Part shown: positions 14,245 to 27,731 of the stretch, one piece after another
Numbering within the stretch: position 1 is the first letter of the stretch
How the letters are laid out: every line of letters starts with the position of its first letter
Assembly (NCBI GenBank): GCA_030141605.1
Contig: JAQGDQ010000725.1
Span: forward strand, 1-64,000
Direction of reading: 5' to 3'
DNA: 64,000 bases
Origin: Tubiluchus corallicola
Lineage: Eukaryota; Animalia; Priapulida
The notes under the pieces: model-generated
What the model was told of the DNA's origin: nothing
Seen by the model: only the letters and a program-made list of their open reading frames with translations
Databases searched by the model: none
Position numbers and translations under genes: made by a program

Positions 14245-14790
14245 CGTGAGCAGAGCTTACTCAAAACTCACAAAAGTTTTTGAAAATAGAAAGATTTCTT
14301 TGGAAGCAAAAATTAGAATATTCTCTTCCTTAGTTGAAACTGTATTTCTGTACAACTCTGAACTCTGGACATTAAAAGCAAATCATAAAGCTGAAATCGA
14401 TGCGTTTCAAAGGCGAAATTACAGAAACATTTTGGGTATTAGATGGCCAAAGAAAATTTCAAACAAAGATCTATATGAAAAAATAAAAGAACTTTGGACA
14501 AGAAAAATAGAAAGACGCCGTTTAAGATGGATTGGGCATATGCTTAGACAAGCTGATGATATTCCAGGGAAGATAGCTCTTCAACAAGCCATAGAACCAG
14601 CTAAAAAACCTGCAGGAGGACAAATGTTAACATATTTAGATTTTGCACAGAAAGATTTAAACACTTCAGCATTGATCCTTAGAAATAAATCCAGTTGGGG
14701 CATTGCAGCGTGTAGGGAGTCCTGGCATAGAGAGGTGAGCAGAATCATGTCCCTGGACGTGTGATTCATTGAAGAAGAAGACGAAAAAGA
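14245..14790 (+). mobile_element. 5'-truncated RTE-clade LINE (RT C-terminus)
   Basis: K.RIF...V..VFLY.SE.W....IDAFQRR..R.ILGIRW...ISN..LY...I.RRRLRW.GH.LR motif; (GAA)n tail; 12-bp TSD AGTAAAATTCAT (14233-14244, 14791-14802). Confidence 0.93.
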
Positions 14791-15204
14791 AGTAAAATTC
14801 ATAAAGTGTCGTGAAGTTTGGGCTTCATGATTCGCACGCCGTAAGGAAGCCAAGGTGAATTAATTTACCTGTAGGAACTGGTTTGAGGAGTTAACCTACT
14901 TAAAGTAGAAAGTTAGTTGTTGAGTTGATACGGAAGAGAAAAAATGTTTATTGCGCCTTCAAGAACAGAATAAATTTAGCGTTATGGCAGAAGGAAAAGT
15001 TATTGTTTTTGTTTTACTGTCGTCACAAAGTTCACGATATAAAGCACTAGGAATTCTGGGACAGTTGACAGAAATTTTTCAAAGTACAGTTGTCAGGAAG
15101 TGACAAAGCCGCTACACGTAAAACTAGGCACAAGTAGATATACACGTATTTCTAAATTCATTCCACTGTCTACTGCCAGAAATAAAAAATCACGAAATTC
15201 TTAA

Positions 15205-15820
15205 AGGAAGACAGGACGATTTTTCACTTACTACCCCATTTTTACGTCCAATAAACAGTGTACATTTTGCACCAATAATACTGGAAAAGGATTTTTTTTG
15301 ACAATTAAAGAATAGATTAAAAACTTAATTAACGGTAGGCGAGCCCAAATATTAATGACATCACAAACTAACATAATTTCCAACAGCAAAAATATTCCAC
15401 GAGCGTGTTGCACGTGTTTGTGAGAGGGAAAATTGAAGTACAGTGTTACTGTAAGATATTCAGTGTGTTGTACTAAAGCAAGGCAGGTTTTGAGATAAAA
15501 ATTCCAATTTCAAGTTTACGCTGTGCTCACGCATGAGCTGCCGAACGTCACAAACTAGCACATATGAACTGAGACACGTACAGCACTTTTTGTGCATTGC
15601 GTTTGCGAACTCGTTGGCAGGTGTTAGTGCCCGTCTAACTAGCGAATAGCAAAGTGCATGTAACAGCGAAGAACTAGTGACGCGAATGCGAAATTGTGTT
15701 TGTGTGATAATAATTCTTTCACGTAAGTCATTTTTGGAAAAAAATATGATTTTTCCTTTCATTATTTTAAAACGAGTAGATTGTTTTGATCTACAGTTTA
15801 AGAATGGGTCCGGTTTTGCT
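15205..15820 (+). mobile_element. Kolobok-like non-autonomous DNA transposon, family A
   Basis: TTAA on both sides; imperfect TIRs AGGAAGACAGGAC / GTCCGGTTTTGCT starting with AG; at least six related copies in window. Confidence 0.75.
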
Positions 15821-16082
15821 TTAAAACGAACGGCCATAGTACCATTTCCATCAAGAAGCCAAGATGAATCATTCCTTGTCAACTTAAGGCCTTACGTGAT
15901 GTTAGTTCTATAATATTAAGAGTGTTTTTTTAGTTTAAAACGAAATGCTTTTTTCGCGTGGTTTCGTCTATTTTTATCCGTTATTATTGGTTTCTGCACA
16001 ATGGGAAGAGGGGGCAGTCATTTACTAACACCCTTAACCTTGACAATTCAGTATTGCATAAAATTCATGCGCATTTCCAAGT

Positions 16083-16792
16083 CAGGGGCGGTTCTAGGTA
16101 CAATGACGCCCTAGGCAAAAGTATTTTTGCACCCCCTCCTAAACCATCAACCACTTTCTAAACCATCAACCATCAACCTCACGGTCCACACTTCACTCCC
16201 AATATTGAATTTGCCTTGCATAATAATACAATAAATTATAATGGTACCTTATTATATAGCGCACTAATTAAGTATAGTCAATTACGTACCTACAGCTTGT
16301 GTTGATTGAATTTGAAGTTGAATTTATGACGTCATTGTACGTCTTGAGTGTCTGCGTGAAGATTACGTGTTATTATTCAGGCTAAATTTCAAAATTAAAG
16401 AATTACTTCCAGAAATTGGCGCCCTAGGCAACTACAGTAGGCTTACTATAAACAAACAAACAAACAAACAAACAAACAAATAAATAAATAAATAAATGAA
16501 TAAATGAATAAATAAACAAATAAATAAGTAAGTGAATAAGTTAGTAAATAAATAAATAAATAAGTAAGTAAGCAAATAAATAAATAAATAAACAAACATG
16601 AATAAATAAATAGATGTGTATGTAAATAAGCAAATAAATAAATAAATAAGTGAATAAGTAAATGAATAAATAAATAAATAAGTAAGTGAGCAAATAAATA
16701 AATAAATATATATGTATAAATGTATAAATAAATCAATAAAAATGAATAAATAAATAAATAAATAGTTTGCCTAATGATAGGGCAGGCACTTG
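16083..16792. mobile_element. Degenerate CAGG-ended (hAT-like) MITE interrupted by (TAAA)n
   Basis: caggggcggttctag...gcgccctaggca; right part is the reverse complement of 30986-31090, which lacks the microsatellite. Confidence 0.65.
16448..16763. repeat. (TAAA)n/(CAAA)n microsatellite
   Basis: Direct observation. Confidence 0.95.
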
Positions 16793-18039
16793 TTCAAATC
16801 ACACAATATGAAACTAGTGTTACACATGTAACTACTCATTATCAACTCGTTAGCTTTATTCATGAAAATGGTGGCGCATAATGATGAAACGGAATTCGCT
16901 GACATTATCTAAAACCGCTCAGTAAGACGAATGGACAACGCCTCTATTTAGCTTTCTTATTTGGGTATTAAAATGACGCTAAAACACCGTGCAACCCGCG
17001 CTGATAGGGTGGTTTCCAAAATCTGGCCAATAAATCAGCTAAAATGAAATGCGTATCTCAAATAACTCGCCTCGCCAATCCCGTACTAGCTGAAGGTATA
17101 AAAATTTCATGAATACAAAGCAAGCCAGTGAGTGATTTATGGGTCTTGCCTTGTCAGATGACAATTTTCTCTGGGAGTTCTGATAAAACGTTCAACCGAC
17201 CACGTATCGATTGCGTGTGCAGTCAGAGCAGCAGATGAATCCGTATTTATTCGAAGCCATGATCATCGTAGTTTACAATGGCACAAGAACATCCCCTTGA
17301 CGAAGATATTGTCAACGCTGATAATTTAACCTGATAGTTTTTAGACTTTACGCTTACACAAAAGAAATTTTTTTGCATTAAGGCCGGGTTCACAATGTAG
17401 GATTTTTAATAAACTTACGATGCATGTTTTTTCCACTTTGTTACTTTGTAAATCTTAAACTCTGGTTTACATGTGTATCTGAAAAAACACAACTTTGTCA
17501 ACTTCACTGCATCGTTGCATTACGATCTGGAGTTAGGTTAACGTAGCAGAATAAGAGTAATATATACACCTTATTTCGTTCTTAGTTCATTTCTGATTTT
17601 CCAAACAACAACGGGCTGTATTTTTTCGAGTTTTCGAATTGTTACTAATCAAAAGACATGTCCAGTTAAATAATCCTTGCATTTAGGTGGAAAAAAGACA
17701 ATGGAAACGAACAGAAATAACTTTCGAACTCTAGGCTTGTGAAAGATCTGTTTTCCATTTATTTTGCCAAACAGTTTAGAAGATAGACTAATTCGTTACC
17801 AGTCTGTTGTAAAGCTTTAGATTGCGATACGTAGAAGAAAATCATCTCTAGATATAGAAAATTGCGAACTAAATATTCTTTATTGTGTACAGGAAGAAGT
17901 TGCACAGTAAACTAAACTGAACATGTCTTTCTCTGGAAATTGAGCTATAGTTAGTGGCCTGAACTGTATTGAAATAAACTATATTGCTGTAGTCAAATTA
18001 ATTTGCTACCATAAAACTGTTAATCTAAAGCAGTTACTT

Positions 18040-18570
18040 ACAAAAAAAACATATGGACACAATTCAGTAAGCAAAACAGCAATCAACTTATGGAATTCAA
18101 CACCCTTAAGTATAAAATCAAAAGACGGATTAACAACGTTCAAAACTGAACTAAAAACAAATTCCTAACTCACAAAAGACCCTTATATAAAACAGTAAAG
18201 TAGAATTCATCAGTAAAAGAAGAATATAAAAAACGCGTAACGCTTTAGACTCTTAAATTCATCATAGTATAAGTGTCTATACTATAAAAATATACTACTC
18301 GTACGGAAACTTACATGGCAAAAAAGTATCAAAAAGTATTAAAATTCATAATATTTCATAAGTCACCATCATGTCATCATGTAGACAAATTTGTAGATAT
18401 GTAATATAGTATTTTAATGTTTTTATCCTTATGATTTTTAACTTACACTAACTGACACAATTGTACACATCAGTCTGTCACTGACTGGTTATCCACTGAT
18501 TTTATCTATGATGTAATTTGTTTTACTCTGTACCAGTGTATAATTTTTGCAATAAAGATTTATATACATA
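18040..18570 (+). mobile_element. CR1/L2-group LINE 3' end
   Basis: 18049-18168 translates TYGHNSVSKTAINLWNSTPLSIKSKDGLTTFKTELKTNS* (YG..S......LWN.LP..IK......FK..LK motif); 3' hairpin near 18470-18490; AATAAA at 18551. Confidence 0.8.
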
Positions 18571-19397
18571 TTTGTATAGGAGTTTGTTTTTTAGTTCTGA
18601 TTTAAGTGTTGTTAATCCGTCTTTTCATTATATATATATATATATATATATATTCATACATATACGTACTTATATACATACATATACGCACACATATATA
18701 TATACCAGTCTAAAACTAATTACAGTAACACATAGAGGAAACAAGTATTGCAGAGCAAACACACTGTTTTGAGATTTGGGCTATAAAGTAACCTACACCA
18801 CTGGGGTTACTGCAATTTATTTTTGCACTGGTCTCTCTTCTAAAGTCTTTGGCAAAATAGAACGAAAAGGAAAATAAAACGTTCTGTCACAATCCTGTGA
18901 TCCTTCGACCGTCATTTCTGCTCGATTGCAGGCGTGCGTTTTCATCCACGCTACACACACGCTACACACCACGCTACACAAACGCTACACACCACGCTAC
19001 ACTACAGGGAGGAAATTATATGAATATAGTGGACACGATATGACACAGAATCAAAGTTCAGATTTAGCCCTTAGCTGTGCCACAGCAATCCAAAAACTTT
19101 GGCTATACTTCACTGGAAGTTATCTGATGCGTATTAGGAGATCTAATCGCAGCAGTCATATTATGTTAATTTGACAAAAAAAAACGAATTAAATTGAATA
19201 AGGCGCAAAGCGCAATAATATCTTTCTCAGTGACTGTGACAGATATCGATATAGCATTAACCAAATTTCAAATGGGCAGATCAAATGCAGAAAATGATTG
19301 ATTAGCGTTGCTATTACACATTGGATAAGTAGAAATTCTGCGCTGCACAATCATGTAAATGCAAGACGTATAAATTCATCGAAAAAAATTCAAACAT

Positions 19398-19526
19398 GGC
19401 CGATAGATGGCGCCACTTCATTTTCACTTTGCAAGCAAAGATTGCTATTCCTGGGATTTCAGTTCAGTTGATCAACAGTTGAGGCTACACGCAGTGCGAT
19501 TACTTTTTACCCGATAGATGGCAGCC
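19398..19526 (+). promoter_or_regulatory. Two co-oriented CTCF-like motifs
   Basis: gccgatagatggcgcca (19399-19415) and cccgatagatggcagcc (19510-19526) resemble CCRSYAGRKGGCR. Confidence 0.3.
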
Positions 19527-19777
19527 CGCGACCATTTTCAGCAAAAAAGTTCTTAGCAGCCTATTGTAACGGTCAACTGCTTCTGGCCCTTGAAAATTGT
19601 TACGAAAAGTAACAACGTTTGTTGTCTTCACTACAGAACGCCTGCAGTAGAGATTAGATTACTTTTGTTTTACCTTTTAAGATAATACTTACCAGTCTCA
19701 ACCTCAAACGTTCGTTTAGTTGAATTACGAACATTGAATTTGAAAAAAGTTTGCTAGCAACGCAATCGGCATTTCCT

Positions 19778-20481
19778 TGACGACGACGATGATGATGATG
19801 ATGACGATGAGTCATCATCGTCGTTACCGTAGTCGTCCTTACCATCATCATCATTATCATCATCGTCATCACTGTCATCATCATCATCATCATCATCATC
19901 ATCAACACCACCACCACAATTATCATCGTCGTCGTCGTCGTCATCATTTATCACCATCACCATCACCATTGTCATCGTCATCATCCTCCTCCTCCTCCTC
20001 ATCATCATCTATCATCATCATCGTCATCACCATCATCACCATCATCATCATCATCATCATCACCATCAGCATCATCACCACCATCATCATCGTTGTCGTC
20101 GTCGTCATCACCATCGTCTCATCATCATCAACACCACCACCATCATCATCGTCATCATCGTCATTATCATTATTATCATCGTCATTACCACCACCACCAT
20201 TATCATCGTCGTCGTCGTCGTCGTCGTAGTTGTCGTCGTCATCACTCATCATCATCATCATCATCACCATTATCATCATCATCACCATCACTATCATCAT
20301 CGTCATTACCACCACCACCATTATCATCGTCGTCGTCGTCGTCATTTATCACCATCGTCATCGTCCTCATCATCACTATAGCAGGAAAGATTATTGTCAT
20401 GATTATCATCATCAAAATTCATTACCTCCTTAGTCACTACTGTAGTCAGAACGGTCGTCGTCACCGTCATCATCATCGTCG
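19778..20481. repeat. Compound (CAT/CGT/CAC/CCT)n microsatellite
   Basis: Direct observation. Confidence 0.95.
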
Positions 20482-21110
20482 TTATAACTTGTTGCTTGAT
20501 CTGGGCTGATTAAATGGATGATACTTGATAGCCAAGGCAGGTAAGTTAAGGCGAATGAAGTCAGAAGGTCTTACGGAAATCGTTTTTTGAATACTGTAAA
20601 ATTCGTACAGCTAAGCTTACACAAGCTCAGATGAAACATTGAAATGCATACCAGTTTCCTGGTTGTTTAGTGACTGTGTAGGCGGGCATGTCGAGAATAC
20701 ACTTTGGTAGAAACTGCTGAAACACCAGAATAAGCTAAAATGTCTATAGTTTGGTAGAAATACCAGAATAAGCTAAAATGTCGTTCATATACTCAGATAG
20801 TTAGTAGGTACCTTTCTGTGGTTCGTATTATTAAACATAACTAAGTTTTGCCATGTTTCAGTAGCGCTTGCATCTGTTTGAAGTTGTCGGTACAACCCAG
20901 CTGTTAATTTGTGTCAGGCTGACATGGTCCTGTATAATGTTCTGCTACATCTACATGTGCGTTCCTGGTTTCATAGCATCATGGTTTTGTATGACTATCG
21001 TGAATTGATTTCACGTTTTTTCGACCACCCCTGTAGATGTATAGTTTAGTTGAACAGTACGTTACTGGAGTAGAACATTTAAAATTATTAAAACGTATGA
21101 AAGCTATTCA

Positions 21111-22648
21111 TTGAGAAAAACCAAGGACGGCTTGTGAGAACAACTAAGGCTTATGAGAGCAACTAATGACGGCTTGTGAGAAAAACTAAGGACGGCTTGT
21201 AAGACAACTAATGACGGCTTGTGAGAGAAACTAAGGACGGCTTGTGAGAACAACTAAGAATGGCTTGTGAGAGCAACTAAGGACGGCTTGTAAGAACAAC
21301 TAAGGACGGCTTGTAAGACAACCAAGGACGGCTTGTGAGAACAACTAAGGACGGCTTGTGAGAGCAACTAAGGACGGCTTGTGAGAACAACTAAGGTCGG
21401 CTTGTGAGAACAACTAAGGACGGTTGTAAGAACAACTAAGGATGGCTTGTGAGAACAACTAAGGACGGCTTGTAAGACAACTACGGACGGCTTGTAAGAA
21501 CAACGTAGGACGGCTTGTAAGAACAACTAAGGATGGCTTGTGAGAACAACTAAGGACGGCTTGTGAGAACAACTAAGGACGGCTTGTAAGACAACTAAGG
21601 ACGGCTTGTAAGAACAACTAAGAATGGCTTGTGAGAACAACTAAGAATGGCTTGTGAGAACAACTAAGGACGGCTTGTGAGAACAACTAAGGTCGGCTTG
21701 TGAGAACAACTAAGGACGGCTTGTAAGAACAACTAAGGACGGCTTGTGAGAACAACTAAGGACGGCTTGTAAGAACAACTAAGGACGGCTTGTAAGAACA
21801 ACTAAGGACGGCTTGTAAGACAACTAAGGACGGCTTGTAAGACAACTAAAGACGGCTTGTAAGAACAACTAAGGACGGCTTGTGAGAACAACTAAGGCTT
21901 ATGAGAGCAACTAATGACGGCTTGTGAGAAAAACTAAGGACGGCTTGTAAGACAACTAATGACGGCTTGTGAGAGAAACTAAGGACGGCTTGTGAGAACA
22001 ACTAAGAATGGCTTGTGAGAGCAACTAAGGACGGCTTGTAAGAACAACTAAGGACGGCTTGTAAGACAACCAAGGACGGCTTGTGAGAACAACTAAGGAC
22101 GGCTTGTGAGAGCAACTAAGGACGGCTTGTGAGAACAACTAAGGTCGGCTTGTGAGAACAACTAAGGACGGTTGTAAGAACAACTAAGGATGGCTTGTGA
22201 GAACAACTAAGGACGGCTTGTAAGACAACTACGGACGGCTTGTAAGAACAACGTAGGACGGCTTGTAAGAACAACTAAGGATGGCTTGTGAGAACAACTA
22301 AGGACGGCTTATGAGAACAACTAAGGACGGCTTGTAAGACAACTAAGGACGGCTTGTAAGAACAACTAAGAATGGCTTGTGAGAACAACTAAGAATGGCT
22401 TGTGAGAACAACTAAGGACGGCTTGTGAGAACAACTAAGGTCGGCTTGTGAGAACAACTAAGGACGGCTTGTAAGAACAACTAAGGACGGCTTGTGAGAA
22501 CAACTAAGGACGGCTTGTAAGAACAACTAAGGACGGCTTGTAAGAACAACTAAGGACGGCTTGTAAGACAACTAAGGACGGCTTGTAAGACAACTAAAGA
22601 CGGCTTGTAAGAACAACTAAGGACGGCTTGTGAGAACAACTAAGGACA
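21111..22648. repeat. ~23-bp minisatellite (aggacggcttgtgagaacaacta) organised as two 748-bp higher-order blocks
   Basis: Variant order from 21123 is repeated from 21871. Confidence 0.97.
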
Positions 22649-22751
22649 GTTTGGATAACAGTTCGCGTGCACCTTCCCACTTACTGCATGCGTAGATTAG
22701 ATGCTCTCTTTTTCTCTCTGTCTGCAATTTTTCTGCACGTTGATTATTTAA

Positions 22752-23306
22752 AGCAAAGTTCAAGCCTTCTGGGAAGTTAGCCTTACATCAGTGTTTATGA
22801 AAAATGTTAGAATGATCTAGTTATAAAAGAACGATAAACGCTTCGTGTAATTAGTAAAATCACTTTAAAGTCTCAATCATTTCGTGCTTGCACGCTCCCA
22901 TTTGAACACCCATTCGCCCATTCTTCCACCAGTGACGTCATTCGTCGGCTGAAGAAAAGCATCTCAATGTAAATTTATGTCAAAGTATAATAAGTTTGTA
23001 TAAAAAATTAGACAGCTAATTGTGTGATGTTTTTCATTGAAAACTTGAATTAGTTTAAGCTGAACGCATTTACCGAGAGCCACGATGGGCTTACGAAAAG
23101 TCACGAAGTCCACCCGTTACGTCATAATTTTCAAATTCTTTGTGACCACCACGGAGCTTGAAACTGTCTATACAGCGATAGGGTAAATTAGTTTTACTAT
23201 TTACAGACATCTTTTTGCAAATTTCTTTGTTACATTTTTCTACGTTTGAGGGATAACAGCAAAATAAACCCATAATTTTTTTTTGCTAAGTGAGAAGTCC
23301 TTTTCT
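22752..23306 (+). mobile_element. Kolobok-like TTAA-flanked element, family B (short copy)
   Basis: ttaa|agcaaagttcaa ... aagtccttttct|ttaa; left end matches 61318; right ~200 bp matches 62910-63060. Confidence 0.6.
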
Positions 23307-23344
23307 TTAATTTAACAGAGTAAAAATTTCCTCTGTATGAAGAA

Positions 23345-26086
23345 CTGACTAAGTGAACCGCCTCCTCTCGTGGCAGTCAACACACACAGAGATGCACCCC
23401 AACAACCCTTTCACCATGTTCTACTGACTAAGTGAACCGCCTCCTCTCGTGGCGGTCGACACACACAGAGATGCACCCCAACAACCCTTCCACCATGTTC
23501 TACTGACTAAGTGAACCGCCTCCTCTCGTGGCGGTCAACACACACAGAGATGCACCCCAACAACCCTTCCACCATGTTCTACTGACTAAGTGAACCGCCT
23601 CCTCTCGTGGCGGTCAACACACACAGAGATGCACCCCAACAACCCTTCCACCATGTTCTACAGACTAAGTGAACCGCCCCCTCTCGTGGCAGTCGACACA
23701 CACAGAGATGCACCCCAACAGCCCTTCCACCATGTTCTACTGACTAAGTGAACCGCCATCTCTCGTGGCGGTCGACACACACAGAGATGCACCCCAACAG
23801 CCCTTCCACCATGTTCTACTGACTAAGTGAACCGCCACCTCTCGTGGCGGTAGACACACACAGAGATGCACCCCAACAACCCTTTCACCATGTTCTACTG
23901 ACTAAGTGAGCCGCCACCTCTCGTGGCGGTAGACACACACAGAGATGCACCCCAACAACCCTTTCACCATGTTCTACTGACTAAGTGAACCGCCCCCTCT
24001 CGTGGCGGTCGACACACACAGAGATGCACCCCAACAACCCTTCCACCATGTTCTACTGACTAAGTGAACCGCCTCCTCTCGTGGCGGTCGACACACACAG
24101 AGATGCACCCCAACAACCCTTCCACCATGTTCTACTGACTAAGTGAACCGCCTCCTCTCGTGGCGGTCGACACACACAGAGATGCACCCGAACAACCCTT
24201 CCACCATGTTCTACTGACTAAGTGAACAGCCACCTCTCGTGGCGGTCGACACACACAGAGATGCACCCAACAGTCCTTCCACCTTGTTCTACTAACTAAG
24301 TGAACTGACTCCTCTCGTGGCGGTCGACACACACAGAGATGTACCCCAACTGCCCTTCCACCATGTGCTACTGACTAAGTGAACCGCCACCTCTCGTGGC
24401 GGTAGACACACACAGAGATGCACCCCAACAACCCTTCCACCATGTTCTACTGACTAAGTGAACCGCCTCCTCTCGTGGCGGTCAACACACACAGAGATGC
24501 ACCCCAACAACCATTCCACCATGTTCTACTGACTAAGTGAACCGCCCCCTCTCGTGGCAGTCGACACACACAGAGATGCACCCCAACAACCCTTCCACCA
24601 TGTTCTACTGACTAAGTGAACCGCCACCTCTCGTGGCGGTAGACACACACAGAGATGCACCCCAACAACCCTTCCACCATGTTCTACTGACTAAGTGAAC
24701 CGCCTCCTCTCGTGGCGCTCGACACACACAGAGATGCACCCCAACAACCCTTCCACCATGTTCTACTGACTAACTGAACCGCCTCTTCTCGTGGCGGTCG
24801 ACACACACAGAGATGCACCCCAACAACCCTTCCACCATGTTCTACTGACTAAGTGAACCGCCCCCTCTCGTGGCGGTCGACACACACAGATATGCACCCC
24901 AACAACCCTTTCACCATGTTCTACTGACTAAGTGAGCCGCCACCTCTCGTGGCGGTAGACACACACAGAGATGTACCCCAACAGCCCTTCCACCATGTTC
25001 TACTGACTAAGTGAACCGCCCCCTCTCGTGGCGGTAGACACACACAGAGATGCACCCCAACAACCCTTCCACAATGTTCTACTGACTAAGTGAGCCGCCA
25101 CCTCTCGTGGCGGTAGACACACACAGAGATGTACCCCAGCAGCCCTTCCACCATGTTCTACTGACTAAGTGAACCGCCCCCTCTCGTGACGGTAGACACA
25201 CACAGAGATGCACCCCAACAACCCTTCCACAATGTTCTACTGACTAAGTGAACCGCCCCCTCTCGTGGCGGTCAACACACACAGAGATGCACCCCAACAA
25301 CCCTTCCACCATGTTCTACTGACTAAGTGAACCGCCCCCTCTCGTGGCAGTCGACACACACAGAGATGCACCCCAACAACCCTTCCACCATGTTCTACTG
25401 ACTAAGTGAGCCGCCACCTCTCGTGGCAGTCGACACACACAGAGATGCACCCCAACAACCCTTTCACCATGTTCTACTGACTAAGTGAGCCGCCACCTCT
25501 CGTGGCGGTAGACACACACAGAGATGCATCCCAACAACCCTTCCACCATGTTCTACTGACTAAATGAACCGCCTCCTCTCGTGGCGCTCGACACACACAG
25601 AGATGCACCCCAACAACCCGTCCACCATGTTCTACTGACTAACTGAACCGCCTCTTCTCGTGGCGGTCGACACACACAGAGATGCACCCCAACAACCCTT
25701 CCACCATGTTCTACTGACTAAGTGAACCGCCCCCTCTCGTGGCGGTCGACACACACAGAGATGCACCCCAACAACCCTTCCACCATGTTCTACTGACCAA
25801 GTGAACCGCCACCTCTCGTGGCGGTCGACACACACAGATATGCACCCCAACAACCCTTTCACCATGTTCTACTGACTAAGTGAGCCGCCACCTCTCGTGG
25901 CGGTAGACACACACAGAGATGTACCCCAACAGCCCTTCCACCATGTTCTACTGACTAAGTGAACCGCCCCCTCTCGTGGCGGTAGACACACACAGAGATG
26001 CACCCCAACAACCCTTCCACAATGTTCTACTGACTAAGTGAACCGCCCCCTCTCGTGGCGGTCGACACACACAGAGATGCACCCCA
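23345..26086. repeat. 79-bp satellite, ~35 copies
   Basis: Unit ctgactaagtgaaccgcc.cctctcgtggcggtcgacacacacagagatgcaccccaacaacccttccaccatgttcta; 79-bp offset checked (23345, 23424). Confidence 0.98.
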
Positions 26087-26825
26087 AAGCAAAGTGCATG
26101 TCTGTAAAAACTCTTGCACCAGTTTTTAGTCATCCAGTTACATTCTGGGACGCATCAAATCCTCTGCGTCTGTCATCTCCGTGGGTTGGGAATTCACTGT
26201 GTGTTTGACTCGCACGTCATCGCCCCATACTCCTATCTACGGTGGCGCAAAAGCGCCGACTCGTGTTTATAACAGATGTTTTCTGTTCTGTCTGCCTCTT
26301 TCTGACTAAGGACCACAAGAGTAGCAACAATCAACAGCCTCCCAGTGAAAAACCCGAGAAGATGGTGTGAATTGAGGATCGCGCATCTGCCGTCCGTGGA
26401 GGATCTAGAACGGATTTCTTCCCCTTTTTTACTCTTCACAGTTTCAGGATGTATCCAGAAGTGGCTATCCACAAATGCATATGCAGCTCATAAATTACAG
26501 ACAAATAATTTGATTATAACGGAATTTAATTTCTTAATTTGGCAAGGGTATCGTTTGTAACGGCTTTGCATTTTGTACGTAGTTGGGATGAGTTTTTGTA
26601 GTGCTGACTGCCGACGTTGTAACATCAGTTTCAAAAACATTCCAAAGTCGAATCAAAGTTAGAACAAACTTAAAAAAACGGGAAAGTTGTCGGACGTGAA
26701 TTTGTGGTTGAACTCCCAAATTCGATCGATGTATTTATTGATCAGATACTTTTCCCCATGAGCATTCTAGGCAAACGGAATACGAAGGTCTCATATTTTA
26801 TAAGTGTAAGTCCGTTTAATAATCA

Positions 26826-27323
26826 ACCTAGCCACTGGGGGGGGGGGGGGTAAGCCAGCCCAACTCAGTGCCGGTCCCTCCCAAGCCCGGATAAATAGGG
26901 AGGGTTAGGGTCAAGAAGGGCATCTGCGTGTAAAAACTGCGCCAAAACCGATGAACGAGTCGGTGAGACTTAAAGGGAAAGTCCACAAAGAAGTGGTCAG
27001 ACCCGCTCTAATCTGTGGAATGGAAGCAGCTTCTCCAAAGAAGACCGAAGAGAAGAAAATGGGTGTGGTGGAGATGAGGATGTTGAGATGGATGGTGGAA
27101 ATAACAAGAAGAGATAAATTAGAAATAATAATATCAGAGGAACAGTAAAAGTAGTGGAAGCCTCGTAAGATTGCGATGGTATGGACACCTGAAAAGAAGA
27201 GTTGGTGAAGATCATGCGGGAAGGGAAGACATAAATGAAGAGATGGTCAACAACAGGAATGTGTAGAGAAAACTCATTCACAACGACGACCCCGCATAGG
27301 GAAAAGCTGGGAAGAAGAAGAAG
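26826..27323 (+). mobile_element. Internally deleted (bipartite) RTE element: 5' UTR fused to decayed RT 3' end
   Basis: RTE 5' motif gccggtccc...caagcccggataaa...ggagggtt...gaagggcatc; LKGKVHKEVVRPALICGMEA...EMRMLRWM..ITRRDK; 3' gacccc..gggaaaagc.(gaa)n; 18-bp TSD with one mismatch (26808-26825, 27324-27341). Confidence 0.9.
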
Positions 27324-27731
27324 AAGTCCGTTTAGTAATCAGACACTGAACGTAGCTACGCAAACATTCGAGTGATGAGTAATCCTTTTTAGTGTAAGCA
27401 GGTATATTATGTCATTCGATTGTTTCCAACGTTTTCTCTATATCTTACCTTAAGATTTTCTTTTAGGTATAGATTATCTTATCTATATCTAAAACAATTA
27501 AGCAGTAATTAATGGCGTTTCCTAAACTTTTGCTAATCATTATTCTTATTGCTGAAACGTCAACATTTTAATTTAAACTTTATTTATTTATAGTGAAATT
27601 ACAAAACAGACTGCGTCTGATACAGGTATCTCCACGGTGCAAGTGCTAAGTACAAAGTGTTAATACAAGAATGTACAACCAATATAACACTTCGTTAGAT
27701 CAAACAGATACATAATATTACAATCAATTAA

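Noticed and set aside
20510-21010. Strong donor cag|gtaagt at 20541 and an open frame at ~20865-21008
   Set aside because: No coherent exon chain or recognisable peptide.
21111-26086. CRISPR-like appearance of the 23-bp and 79-bp arrays
   Set aside because: Units are head-to-tail with no unique spacers, no cas genes, and the context is eukaryotic.
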